Assembly (NCBI GenBank): GCA_964016885.1
Contig: OZ024740.1
Location: 127,968,001-128,032,000 of the forward strand
Source of the DNA: Eledone cirrhosa
Lineage: Eukaryota
Length of the DNA: 64,000 nucleotides
Direction of reading: 5' to 3'
In this document: in pieces, positions 1 through 13,485 of the stretch
Numbering within the stretch: position 1 is the stretch's first letter
How the letters are laid out: each line of letters starts with the position of its first letter
Notes under the pieces: generated by a model
The model's input: only the letters and a program-made list of their open reading frames with translations
Told to the model about the DNA's origin: nothing
The model's database searches: none
Made by a program: the position numbers and the translations under genes

Positions 1-4
1 TTAA

Positions 5-350
5 AGTTTTTACCGGTTGCGCATTTCTAAATGCTTTTCACATGACCTCTACCGACCAATCAAAATTGTTTTGACCACAAGAATTTTTGCAACACCAAAG
101 TAGCGCTGGAGCCACTTTCTTAACATAAAAACAGGTAGAATTCCCAAAACTAATCAGATCAGAGCAAACAACACGGACACTCTATCTCAAAATTATTTTT
201 GAAAAGCATTTAGAAATGCGCAACCGGTAAAAACTTAAAAACTGAAAACCACAACGGAATACTAACCCATACAATTATTAATACTCTTTTATTCCTAATT
301 AAACCATTTTTCAACTGTGAACAATTTGTCAGCATTTTCTATTCCGTTTA
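5..350. mobile_element. Small fold-back element (Penelope-like 3' end remnant) with hammerhead-like motif
   Basis: 36-bp inverted repeat, 5-40 vs 200-235. The plus arm reads TTGAAAA-GCATTT-AG-AAATGC-GCAA-CCGG-TA and runs into (TA)n at 355. A related 3' sequence recurs at 60187-60310. Confidence 0.5.

Positions 351-354
<4 letters not shown>

Positions 355-427
<73 letters not shown>
355..427. repeat. (TA)n microsatellite
   Basis: Pure TA dinucleotide run. Confidence 0.95.
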
Positions 428-430
<3 letters not shown>

Positions 431-521
431 TAAAAAGAATTCCAACTTTGTTTTATTTACAATCCTTTAAAATTATAATGATATTATAATGAAATAGAAT
501 GGTAGAATATTAAATCTTCAT

Positions 522-560
522 TGAACAAGTACTTTCATGCTTTCGCAATCTTCTGGTTCA
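522..560 (-). ncRNA. Degenerate minimal type-I hammerhead ribozyme-like motif
   Basis: Minus strand: TGAAC-CAGAAGA-T-TGC-GAAA-GCA-T-GAAA-GTAC-TT-GTTCA. Stem I is 5 bp, loop III region AAGTACTT is palindromic, core has U4->A. Confidence 0.45.
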
Positions 561-1364
561 TATTCAACGCAGATCATATAAAACGTGTTTCAGTCATATT
601 CTAGTTTCGAATCTATTGAAAATCACCTAACGCCAAGGAAACATTCACGTTGAATACAAACGAATTAATATAATATCTTTGTACATTCAAGAGAGTCGAT
701 ATGTGGTCGATTTATGTGCCAAAAATATCAGGCAAATCTCTCTCAAATCAGACACTAAAAACAAGGAAATGAGCTATTGGATAATGTAGTCTAAGATATT
801 TTATGTCTTAAAATAGACTGGATAATCTCCGTGATTCTTATGCAGTTTGACTGTATATGTTTCCCCTTTCTGGACTGATAACGGGTTATACAATATCTCC
901 ACATCATAGGAAAATTATATTTAAATTTAAATTTGAGTGCAAAACATTAACTGGATATACTGTAAGGAAAAGAAAATATTAAATGTTGATGTGTTTTAAC
1001 TTTACGTTTCCTCAAAGGTCCTGACAGATTTGTAATTATTTTTACGAGACAAGAACACCACTCCCTCATTGCATAACCCGCTTAAAATCGCAACCAAATT
1101 TTCGTAAATTTAAACCTAACTCTGTTTAAAATTGACATACCTTGGATGGTGGGTTTCCGCACACACACTATCTGAAAGTAAAGATATTAGAAGGTCGTTA
1201 CTGGAAAACCTTTTGAACAGAGCCAAACTGAAGTTAAAAACCCTCGCTTGTATTAAATAGTATGGTGTTTTATATTCCACCGATTATCTAAAACAGCTTT
1301 TACCAGTATGCCATTTTCAATGTTGTTTTGAAACCCAAGACATCAGGGTTATCATATATAATGG

Positions 1365-1580
1365 TTTCTGATTTAAGTATATGGCCAACAATATTATTAA
1401 CCCAGTGAAAAGTCGATTAAATCAACCACAGTACGTTATTGGTCCCTTATTTCTTCGATATTGTAAGCACGCAAGACAAACTAACCGCAGCGGGATTTGA
1501 ACCCAGAAGGTAAAACGACGTAACTCTATAACGTTGAGCTTGCTGGCCAACGCTCTGCTAATACTGCCAATCCACTGCTC
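1365..1580 (-). mobile_element. Degenerate tRNA-derived SINE
   Basis: Similar to the SINE at 19166-19352 (cgggatttgaacccagaa...aatactgccaatccactgc). Confidence 0.6.
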
Positions 1581-1899
1581 TAAGAACATTATATATAATA
1601 CGGATAATTTGCTTTTGTTTCATGCTGCTTTTGTGGTTGTGGTGGTGCGGGGGTATTTCCTCCTTAACCATGATCGAAAAAGTATCTAAGATTGTATTAT
1701 TCAATGTTTACTCCTCTCTAAAACGAAAGAATATTCTCTTAGAAATATAGCTGTTGGTCAACCACCGTCTTAATGATTGCAACTTCTATGTTACACAGGC
1801 ATAGCATAACACATTTCATTCTCAGTCTATCTATTGTGGTAGAATGATTCTAAATATTTATTTCCTCATCCTTATCTTTTTTTTTTATATTTCTATCTA

Positions 1900-2410
1900 G
1901 GTACGACAGTATTTGTGTTCGGAAAAATGGTGCTATGCTAAATCGAAACCATTTAAAGTGGGTGTCGGACTGCGCCAAGGGTGCGTACTAACACCTCTCC
2001 TGTAGATTATTTTCATGAACAGGATTGATTTTCGCAGCCGGGATGGAAGAGCCTCCACTGGTGGGTGTAAAATCAATCGGTTGGCATTTGCACAGAAGGT
2101 GATCCGCGACTTGCACCTGATAAATTAGATGCCTATACCTCGACAGTTTCCCTTCTTCGGCCAGACAAGTATCGAACACTTCACTAGCTACCGAATGCAC
2201 TTGGATGCTGCTGGAGAAGGTGTTGCAACATGTAGATTCTCAGATGACGGGCCTACCACAACGGAATGGGAGGATCGCCAAAGCCTCTTACCATCACGTC
2301 TGTCTAGCATGGCTGATCTCAATCCTGGAAGGGAAACCTAGAGATTCCAGGTCATACTTTATGATCTTGTGAAGAGCAGCAGGCGAGCACTATAAGGACA
2401 TGACAGTGAT
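1900..2410 (+). pseudogene. RTE-clade LINE reverse transcriptase fragment
   Basis: Decayed translation KSKPFKVGVGLRQGCVLTPLL..IIFMNRI, homologous to the fragment at 50590-51070. Confidence 0.65.
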
Positions 2411-3514
2411 TGGCGGTTTAATATTAATACGGTTTTGATGTAAGTGATCTATTTAACACTCTACATATTTCTGTCGCTGCTTTAGACCTATATAGTAAAA
2501 GATAGCCTTTCAACAAAATGTACTATATATGAAGAGAATGTTTTCAGCACATTAAGTGTTCTGAATAAATTTGATTTTTATTTGGCTTTCATTCTATGTA
2601 GGGATTCTGCTTGAATGTAAAGAGATTATCGCTCGTAAGTTGTCGCTAAGAACTAATTTGTTATTTATTCACTGAGATAATAGTCATCATTTGCCACTGT
2701 GAAATCGTGTCTCACAGTTTCCCTCTTTTATGGAAAAATGTATCATAAGGTACAATAGAAATAATAACGTGAATATATCTGGTGCTATATCAAAGTGATT
2801 GCAACAAGATGGAGAGCATTAAAAGCAAGATTAAAATGCCAAATCAGATGGCATGTTGGATCAAGGACAATGGGAAACACCTATGTTAATTTCTTGTGGT
2901 ACAAGCTTATTCTTAAAGACCTTTCAAAATAGGAATAGTTTGTGATTCGCTTCCAACCATATCATTTCGATAAGTTGTGTTCCGTGCCACAATATAAGAT
3001 GCATGCTATTATGAATGAGTCACTGATCTGGGATTGTAGTATTTCAAGGCAATGATGGAGAAAATAATAAATGAGAGCATAAGTATGGATCTAGCTTGTG
3101 GTTAAAAAATAGGTTATTAAGATAAAAATATAACTGAATATGCAGATTAAAATGAACGCACATGCACATACAATATATATATAATATATATATAAAGATA
3201 AATCTACTTATGGGTTTAGAACATCATGTATATATAAATATTTACATAGCAAACCGTATTCCGAAAGGCACGCATACATTAACACAAATATCATAGACAT
3301 GCATCACACATTTGTAAAAATACAAACTGTCACACGCACATGTATGCCCCGGGCATAAACACCCTTGAGCTGCATACGAAAAGTTTTGTAAAAAAAACAA
3401 TGAAGTATTTGCATGTTCTACATAATGCCTCTGCATTTATCATTCACGAAGTATTAATCTCTAGTTCTTTTTCTTCCCAGAAAACAAACATAATATTAGA
3501 TGTTTATACTGAAA

Positions 3515-3560
<46 letters not shown>

Positions 3561-3570
3561 ATATATATAT

Positions 3571-3848
<278 letters not shown>

Positions 3849-4014
3849 TTGAATGAAAGAGTTCTAATCCTGTAGAAGCCATTTCTATATTAAAGTTTAT
3901 GTTTACATCCTACTAATATATTGAGGACCTTACTTACTAATGGTTACCCCCGATTGAGCCCAGAACACACAGACACACACGCACAAATATATATATATGT
4001 ATATATATATACTG

Positions 4015-4155
4015 TGAGAAAAACCACAAACCCTCCATCTCAATTCTAATTTTGAGAAGCAGAAGAACTGCGAAACCGGTAAAGGAAACAATTAAATATA
4101 TATGTTTTTAAAAAAAGATTCCAGTTGCATTTTCGATTTCATCTTTTTTCCTTAT
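4015..4155 (+). mobile_element. Penelope-like terminal fragment with U3-A8 hammerhead-like motif
   Basis: TTGAGAA-GCAG-AAGAA-CTGC-GAAA-CCGG-TA at 4052-4081. Homologous to 61015-61160 and flanked by TA runs. Confidence 0.55.
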
Positions 4156-4204
4156 ATATATATATATTATATTATATTTAGAGTTATAAACTCAAACAGT
4201 CCTT

Positions 4205-4239
<35 letters not shown>

Positions 4240-6373
4240 GGTATGTATTGGTTGTTTACCGACACCTCAGTATGCAGATTGGAGCACTCGACGTATAACG
4301 CAAGTTGGTTTGTTTACTCCGGAGTAATATAAAATAAAATAAGTAATTCAAATATGTAACATTTTGTTTCGTTTATTATAAGTTATAAATTTACAGCTAT
4401 ATATATTTCGTGACAGCTATTATTGGCAGTCCGAATTGGTGTGTAAAAGACAGGTACACATGTTGTTGAAGTTTGTTTCACCCTATCAATACATCGAAAT
4501 GTCCAGCTCCTGGGTGTGTTGTTAGTCCTCCTAGAAACTGGAATCATATGCGCTAGAGCAAATGAATTTCAGCGTCATAGGAACCATCGGATCTCCTTGG
4601 TCAGTTGTGAGACCACTCCTCAGTCAAAAGTCTATAGAAATTCTTCTGAGTCAGGTCAGCCTGTTATAGTTGTTTTTGTCAGAATGTTTAAGTCCAGCTG
4701 ACCTCCTTTACTGTGTTAGTAGTGGTAGTGGTGTTAACAGGTAAGCTAACAGGTCAACTTTAGTATGCTGCTGCTATGGTATAACAATTGTATGTGTGAA
4801 GACTGGCATCTTTCCGGCCACCATTTGAGGTGGTTGGGGATGCCAAACAAATAAAGAATGCGTGTGTGTTACAACCAATATCAAAAGTTTTGAAAAATAT
4901 AAACTGAAATAACAAAACCTCTGTGTCAGATTCGAGAAGTGTAAACAATTACAATTCTTATTCTAGCATAGAGTAAGTACGTGTGTTTGTCCTTCAGCGC
5001 GCGCGGTTGCGCGTGCGCACGTATAAACACAGGCTCTGTGCATTCACCTATTAACGTCAACACACGCTAACAAAAGATGGGTGCGTTTTAAAAAACAAAT
5101 GAGGTAAAAGTGGAGTTAAGAATATAAAAAAACCTGTGTGTTAAAAACCAGAATTGTAAATGTCTGCAATTCCTATTTCAGCATAAAGTACATATTCGTG
5201 TATGTTTGTCAACGCACACCGTTGCAAGCACACAAGCACAAACACAGGCTCGGGTGCATTCCAATATTTCGTCTACACAGTTACACACACGCATACATGC
5301 ACGCATACACATAATTCCATATACGCCCACATGTTGATACACCCACACGGACACAAGGTCAAAGTCACCTCTGGACGTGGGGAGAAGGTTAAGTGGTAGT
5401 AATAGGTGTCATATTTACTTGTGTATTTATCCCTGACTCATGCGTGCGAAGGGGGTCGGGTTCGATGCAGGATATCCTCCGGGTGTTCGGGTCACAAGCC
5501 GGGGTTGGGCGTTGGGGCCCGCTGGTCGGAAACTTGGAGTGCCTGTTTGCGTGTATGTGTAGACGTAATATGAGCCTGTCTTTGTGCGTGCAACAGTGTG
5601 CGTTGACAAACATACACGCATATATGTACTCTATGCTGAAATAGGAATTGTAGTCCTTTACACTTCTGGATTTTGACAGACAGTCTTTTTGGTATTTTTC
5701 ACTCCACTTTTACCTCATTTGTTTTTAAAACGCACCCATCTTTTGTTAGACTGTGTGGACATAAATAGGTGAATGCACCGAGCCTGTGTTTATAAGTGTG
5801 CACGCGCAACGGTGCGCACTGACGGACAATCAGATGTACGTACTCTATGCTAGAATAAGAATTGTAATTCTTTACACTTCTCGATTCTGACACACAGTTT
5901 TTTTTTTATTTCAGTTTATATATTTCAAAATGTTTGATATTGGTTGTAACACACAAGCATTCTTTATTTGTTTGGCATCCCCCACCACCTGAAACGGTGG
6001 CAGGATAGATACCAGTTTACACATACATTCTTCAGGCAATAGCAGCAGCATACTAAAGTTGACCTCTTAACACCACTACCACTACCAACACAGTGAAGGG
6101 GGTCAGCTGTACTTAAACAGTCTGACAAAAACAACTATAAGAGGTTGACATGCCACAGAAGAATTTCTATATACTTTTGACAGAGGAGTGGTTTCACAAC
6201 TGACCAATGAAATACGAGCGTTCCTATGACGCTGAAATTCTTTTGCTCTAGCGCATATGATTCCAGTTCCTAGGAGGACTAACAACACACCCAGGAGCGG
6301 AACATATCGATGTATTGATAGAGTGAAACACACTTCAACAACATGTGTACCTGTCTTTTACACACCAATTGGG

Positions 6374-6428
6374 ACTGCCTGAAAAGGCCTCAGCCAATCA
6401 TAGCTGTCACAGAAATATATATAGCAGT
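6374..6428 (+). ncRNA. Degenerate hammerhead ribozyme-like motif
   Basis: ACTGC-CTGAAAA-...CAGC-loop-GCTG...-GAAA-T-ATAT-A-TA-GCAGT. Stem I is 5 bp and loop III is palindromic. The core is deleted in the left arm. Confidence 0.45.
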
Positions 6429-6442
6429 AAACTTATAATTTA

Positions 6443-6966
6443 GTAGCAGTGGTACCCGGCGTTGCACGGGATAATGTATTTTGGAACGCGGGCTGCCAAA
6501 AGACCTAACCGTGGAAAACTGCATGCGTGGACAATATGTAAAGTAAAATAAACCGAATACTCTGATGGCTGGATAATCTTTAAGATTTTTCTCGATAAAG
6601 TAGGTAAAATACAAGGTTTCAGCTAATGCGGGACCTAGTGGATCGAAAAAATGAATTTTTTTAATGTGCATAATATGCCTTGAAATTTTCACCTAATGCG
6701 GGCCCTAGTCCATAAAAAGTTAGATTTTCTTTGCTCACGGTATGAAGAAGAGACTGACTAATACATAATTACAATTTCAAGGAAATCAGTCTGACGTAAC
6801 GACTAAAAAACCCCCCCAAAAACCTGAAAAAACGCAATCTTTCACCTAGGGGATCAAAAAGTTGAATTTTGTATGTGCATAACACTCCCTGGAATATAAG
6901 TAATGCACATGTAAAGTTTGAAAAACTCGGTTGGGACTTCTCGAGTTTTAGGAATTCAAACTCACA

Positions 6967-7026
<60 letters not shown>

Positions 7027-7334
7027 GACATCCTTAGGTAAGTGACGTAATGCAGACAGTCAGACATTCAGACAGATATTATAAGGGCGCGACGTTATAT
7101 GTATGTATCTATCTAAAAAGAGAAAGACTAAGAATTATAGAGAGAGATAATTAAATCGCCTAATGCGGTCCCTAGGGCATACACAATTTCAATTTCCGCA
7201 TAGCCTCAGCACACTCCCTTAAATATAAGTATTACATGTGTAAAGTCTGAAAACATCGGTTGGGTGGTTCTCGAGTTTTAGGGATTCAAACTCACACACA
7301 CACAGACAGACATCCTCAGTTTTATATATATAGA
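6443..7334 (-). mobile_element. Non-autonomous Helitron
   Basis: The 5' end TCTATATATATAAAACTGAGGATGTCTGTCTG matches the 5' end of the autonomous Helitron at 7633. The 3' hairpin CCCGTGCAACGCCGGG is followed by CTAC (mutated CTAG). Inserted at A^T with no TSD; the flanks rejoin to match the other fold-back arm. Confidence 0.85.
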
Positions 7335-8176
7335 TAATAAACGAAGCCAAATTTTACATATTTGACTTACTTATTTTATTTTATATATATATATATATAT
7401 AAATATGTGTGTGTGTGTGTGTGTGTGTGTGTATGCGTGTGTGTGTGGGGGGGGGGGGGGGGTAAAAAAAAACAGCATAACAAAACGGCACAGTATAATG
7501 AAAATACATATATTAGTTTAACGCTTGATATAGTAGGCCTTCACCAGACAAATATTAAGTGTAAAAGCCACTTGTGTGTTCAAGTAGCCATACATATATA
7601 CATATATACATATATACATATATACATATAGCTCTATAAATAATAAAACTGAAGATGTCTGTCTGTGTGTGTGTGTATGATGTTTATGCATTTCCACATT
7701 TCTCTACTGATTTTGATGATTTTTTTCAAATGTGCTTCAAATTTCCCGACGATGGTCATTGCGACATAAACTTGGCCAAAAATGTCCTGCTTCTATGGAA
7801 AAAATCGATAAAACTAAATACATGCTCTAACTCTCTCTTGCCGCCTCAAATGCTGCGTCACGTGCTGGTGAGGACGAAGGGCAGCGTTCCAGACGCCGAC
7901 GTAGGGACTTGAATCTCAACGAAGACATTATATTTTGTTGTAATTTTTGTAATTTATTTTCTTTCTTTTTAGCAATATGAGAAAAAAAAAGTAATATAAA
8001 TATTCTGATAAAAAAAAAATAGCGAGAAAACCTTTTTCAGGAACGTCCGATTTTGATCATTTTTTTTTCCAGTGTGCTCCAAATTATCGCACCTGTTTAC
8101 GCTCTTTTGTCCTATAATTCAGACGTGCTTGGCTTACAGGTTTGACCTACTATTTGACGTGCATTATTGCTACAAC

Positions 8177-8373
8177 CTTGAAGAGGTTTAGTGAATTGGC
8201 AGTATCGGTAGAGGGTCGGACGCCATGCTTTGACGCATAGAGTTACGGCCCTTGCCATTCTGAGTTCAAATCCCGCCGAGGTTAACTTTGCCTTTCATCC
8301 TTACGGGGGTCGATAAAATAAAGTACCAGTAATACACTGGGAAATTGCTGGCCTTGTGCCAAAAGTAGAAACA
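8177..8373 (+). mobile_element. tRNA-derived SINE (Nin/Deu-like core) inserted in the Helitron
   Basis: B-box-like GAGTTCAAATCC, core GCCTTTCATCCTTACGGGGGTCGATAAAATAAAGTACCAG, 14-bp TSD ATTATTGCTACAAC (8163-8176 / 8374-8387). Confidence 0.85.
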
Positions 8374-8535
8374 ATTATTGCTACAACTTACTTAGTACTC
8401 ACTTTCCACTTATTCAGTGTTCAGTTGAAATTTTTCGCTAGCCCCCTTCATAAATATTTACGTGTTCGGTTTAGTTAGTACTTCCTGTTTCCCTTTTAAA
8501 AACTTACTTTTAAAACATACTTTGACACTACGGGC

Positions 8536-11500
8536 ATGCCCTCCAAGAAATACCACGGCTTAGTCGTCAAACTAAAGCTACTTCTGCTGCCAAACGAAGA
8601 AGAACAACAGAGTCGTCCCTCGAGAAATTGACTCGGTTGTCACAAAATGCAACTCGAAATGCAATTATCCGGTCAAAAGAGACAGAAGAACAGAGGAGCA
8701 TTCGCCTTTCCGGGAATGCATTTCTAACTGCAGTTGCACGTGCAGCGCAAACTGATGAACAATATTCTCGACGACGAAGCAAAAATGCTGCCTCTACTGC
8801 TGCGGCACGTGCTGGTGAGGAAGAAGAACAGCATTGCAGACGATGAGGAAGAGATGCCGCCTTAACTGCTGCGTCACGTGCTGGTGAGGACGAAGGGCAG
8901 CGTTCCAGACGCCGACGTACGGCCGCCGCTTCAACCGCTTGTGTGCGCGCGTCAGACTGCGCAAATTCGATTACACTGACTAAACGCCAATGCACTCCGC
9001 GGGAGTGCTCAACGAGGTACTCTCCGAGGATCAGTTGTACTCAGTGGTCTCATAAGACTTTCCACTATGACCCTACAGTTAACTACGCACTGCTGCCAGA
9101 AGTTCAGATTGGATCCATGTCCGTCATTTGCCAATCTTGCCGGGCCAAAAAATGGCCTGGGGAGACTTCAGGGATGTGTTGCTCTGACTGCAAAGTGAAA
9201 CTTCCTCCTCTACAGGAACCACCGCTACCTTTAAAGTTCAAGGACAAATTTACCACAGGATCGGTTCGCTCCTGCCTAGGACAGAGAGAGAGCCCCAGTT
9301 CCTAAGCTATACTTTGTCACTGACTATTTGGACCAAGCAGAACGACACGCTTTAATTTCGCCTGGCACAGAGATGAACATTCTGTTGGAACTTCAGAGAA
9401 TGCTGCATGAAAACAACGACTACATTCGCAGTTTTAAATGCGCATTGGAGGCCGCTCCGGCGCCAAATATTGCTGTTATAATCGACGCTGACAGGAAACC
9501 ACCAGGCACCCACGCCAGCCGTTTTAATGCTCCCACGTGCAATGAAATAGCTGTGCTTCTTCATGGAGACAGTACAACAAGCGGGACATCATACTTCAGT
9601 GTAGGGACAACACTCTGCAAAGGATCAGCGAGACGCATAGGTCCTACGACGCATTCCAATACACCCTTCTTTTCCCATTCGGTGACGACGGATACCACTT
9701 TGGAATTCCTTTGTGCAACAGCAACAAAACTGTTTCCTGTATGAAATTCTACGCCTACCGATTCATGGTCCGCGAAGGCTGCTTTAACCACCTCCACCGT
9801 GCAAGATTACTCTTCAACCAACTTGCTGTAGACGTGTGCGCAAAGATGGAATCTGAAAGGCGTGCTTGATTTTTCCTTATGTAGGAAGAATCAAGCACGC
9901 TTTCGTTCGGACAGCTACATTCACTTACGAGATGGAGTAAGGAATGACGTCGAGCCCAAGAAACTTGGGAAACATTGTATCCTTCCGTCGACGTTTATTT
10001 GGAGTCCCCGATACATGAGTGAACGCACACAAGATGCTATGACTTACGTGCGTCTCTACGGCAAACCGGATCTCTTCATCACTTTAACTTGCAACTCTAA
10101 GTGCACTGAAATTACCGCGGATTTATTCCCCGGACAAAGGGCGTCAGACAGACACGACCTTATGGCACGAGTCTTCCACTTGAAATTAACAAAACTTATT
10201 GAACTCATACAATGAGGCAAGGCCTTTGGACCTGTTAGGTGCTACGTATACACCGTTGAGTGGCAAAAGAGAGGCCTGCCACACGCCCACCTGCTCATTT
10301 GGTTAATAACTAAAATCAACGCAACCAGAATTGACAGCATTATTTCAGCAGAAATACCCGACCCGAAATTGGACGGAGAACTCCACAACATCATCACTGC
10401 TCACATGGTTCACAGACCATGCGGAAACGGTTTCAACATGAATTCGCCATGCATTAAAGAAAGAAGGTGCACCAAGAGGTATCCAAGGCCATTCCTCCGA
10501 GAAACTCGGACAGGTGGCGACTGTTACCTATTATACCGCCGCAGGTAGCTAGCGGACGGAGGAATTGTTGCGAAAACCCCACATCACCACGCCGACAACC
10601 GTTGGATTGTACCCTACTGCCCACTTCTGCTTAAAATGTTTAATACCCACATTAACTTTGAATACTGCCACTCCACCAAATCAATAAAGTACGTCTGCAA
10701 GTACACCAATAAGAGGTCCGATGCTGCGTCCTTCGGTTTTACAATGGAGAACAGCCGAGACGAAATCACTCGATACCAGGTCGGCCGATACATCAGCAGT
10801 AATGAAGCGTTCTAGCGATTCTCCTACTTTGCAATACACCAATCAAACAGTTGGCGGTGCACCTTGAAAACGGTCAAAGTGTCTACTTCACCGCCTCCAC
10901 CGCTACTGAGATAGCAGAGAAACCGAAGGACACCACACTTACGGCATTTTTTAAGTTATGCCATAACGATCCCTTCGCCAAAACCCCTCTTCTACTCTCA
11001 GGTGCCATCATACTACACTTGGAACACAGACAACAGCATTTGGTTAAGTAGCGTGAAAGGACAACCCGTCGAGGGACATCAAGACATTATAAACCCCTAC
11101 CCTTCATCCTAACCAACAGGAATGCTTTTATCTCCACCTTCTACTGCATGAGGTGGTAGGGCCGACATCTTTCGACGACCTGAAAACAATCAACGGAGAA
11201 GTTTGTACTTCATTCCGCGCAGCCTGCCTTAGACGGAGTCTACTGGAAGGTGGCTCAGTGGGATGCAACATTGGCGGAGGCAGCTACAATACGTTCAGTG
11301 TGAAGTCTTCTGCAACTCTTTGCGGTGCTACTGCAGACATGCGAGATAATCGACCCTGTATCCTTATGGGAGAAATACAAAGAGGACCTTTCCGATGACT
11401 ACATACACCAAGGACTACTGCTACTCCCTCATTCCGACGTACGACTCAGCGATGAATTCTTCAACAAAGTTCTCATTGACGTCGAGGACAAAATCCTAAC

Positions 11501-12995
11501 TGCCGGCGGAAATTAACTTCCATTCTATTGACTGCCAAAAGTTCAGCGAACGGGCTCGGAAAAACTTCCGGCGGGAAAAATTCAGGAAACAGCCTACGAT
11601 GTCGATGCCCTCTAACTGTTCATCAACGAAAACGAGCCGAAATTGTTGCAGGACCTACAGCGGGCGTATGACACAGTTTGCCCTTCCATTCGTCAACGCA
11701 CAGGAGGTATCTTCTTTTTGGACACGCCAGAATAACTGGTAAAACATTCGTTACTAAAATCCTCCTCGCCAAAGTGAAACAGCAAAAAGGAATCGCCCTG
11801 GCTGTGGCTTCTCCTGGGATTGCCGCAAATCTGCTGCCCGGAGGTAGGACAGCTCATTCCGCATTTAAACTACGATTCAACGCGACTTCAAACGACACAA
11901 TAACCTGCAATATCACCAAGGACTCTGACAAAGCAGAAGTCTTGAAAAGAAAGATGCCAGCTAATTGTGTGGGACGAATGCACAATGGCCCATAGAGGGT
12001 TACTTGAGGCGTTAGACAGGACCCTACGAGACATCAGGGAATGTAACCGGCCGATGGGAGGAGTACCTCTACTGTTGTCTGGCGATTTTCGACAAACTCT
12101 TCCAGTTGTTCCAAAAGCCAGCAGGGCCGACACTGTGGGGGCTTACATTAAGTCATCTCCAGTGTGGTAGGAGGTGACAGTTCTGACCCTCACAACAAAC
12201 AAGATAGCCCAACTCTTCGGCGCCCAATTATCAGCTGACTTAACAGTTGGTGACGGCACTGCACTTTCAGATGCAGCTGGAGAAATGGCAGTCTCGCAAG
12301 TAGGCACCGTTGTCGACACTGTTGACGACCTCACAGCCTCTGTCTTTTCCGATATGGCCATCAACTACAAAAACATGAGTTGACTGTGCGATAGAGCCAT
12401 ATTAGCTCCCCAAAATGTCTCTGTTGCAAAAATCAATGAGGACCTTGTGCAACGCATTCCTGGAAACCTCCATACCTACAAATCTGTGGACACAGTTGTG
12501 GACAAAGATGAGGTTGATGATTTACCCACAGAATTCGACAATTCCTTGGACCTCTCCGGACTACCACCTCATGAACTACGCCTCAAAGTTGGGGCTCCAG
12601 TGATGTTGAGGAACCTGGATCCACCGCGTCTCTGCAATGGAACACGGTTAGTGGTAATAAACCTCCTGCCGCATGTAATTGAAGCCACAATTCTCACGGG
12701 CTGCGGCGCTGGAGAAAACGTCTTTATACCCAGAATACCATTAACTCCATCGGGTAAGGAATGCCCCTGTACACTGTGACCACTTCAATCCCCCGTTAAA
12801 CTGTGCTTCGCGATGTCAATCAACAAGTCCCAAGGCCAAACACTAACAACGGCAGGCCTCCATTTAGGCCAGCTATGCTTCTCACACGTCGGCCAATTAT
12901 ACGTCGCATGCTCAAGAGTCGGATGCATGCAGAACTTATTCATTCTTGCGCCCAAACGTAGAACAAAAAGTGTCGCCTACAGAGAGGTCTTGTGA
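8536..12995 (+). pseudogene. Helitron Rep-helicase (HUH endonuclease + Pif1-family helicase), many stops and frameshifts
   Basis: N-terminal ETEEQR-type repeats; zinc motif CQSCRAKKWPGETSGMCC; Rep motifs GKPDLFITLTCN, VEWQKRGLPHAH, KYVCKY; helicase motifs TGKTF, GGRTAHS, WDECTM, SGDFRQTLPV, LCNGTR, MSINKSQGQT, QLYVACSRV. Confidence 0.92.
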
Positions 12996-13262
12996 CCCTC
13001 TATTCAGCACCGCTACAGTCTTGGCGGTTTTGGCGGTCTGACATATGGTGAGTAGATGCTATTGTTGTATATTTTCAAACTTACCCGTATTTACCTACCC
13101 ATGCTTCCCCATCATTCCTCCATAGGACATCCAATTTGTTTTCACAGAGCATGAAGTCTCGGGACAGCACGTCCGCGATAACACGACCCTTTTCAGGGCC
13201 ACCTCACATCCCGTTGTAAATCGTTGTAATTAAACCCCGAGCAACGCCGGACACTTCTGCTA

Positions 13263-13319
<57 letters not shown>

Positions 13320-13485
13320 AAAATACAAAACACATACACTCAAACGCGAACACACATACCAAACATTATACACACACGCAAACGCATGCGCAGAGACGGA
13401 GTCAAGAAACAAACAAAATAAAAAAACAAAATAAATAAAATTATATTAAAAGGGTGTAAACGTTACAATAGAAGGAAACATGATA

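Larger units (their letters stand above)
4326..7385. mobile_element. Large diverged fold-back element (~950-bp arms), right arm interrupted by a Helitron
   Basis: ~4326-5280 is the imperfect reverse complement of ~5550-6442 plus 7335-7385. Hammerhead-like remnant at 6374-6428. The right end runs into (TA)n. Confidence 0.75.
7633..13263 (+). mobile_element. Autonomous-type Helitron (decayed)
   Basis: 5' TC terminus, 3' hairpin CCCGAGCAACGCCGGA (13236-13251), terminal CTAG followed by T, and an internal RepHel coding region. Confidence 0.92.

Noticed and set aside
8184-8285. tRNA gene-like A/B boxes
   Set aside because: They are SINE heads with TSDs and a shared body, with no complete cloverleaf.
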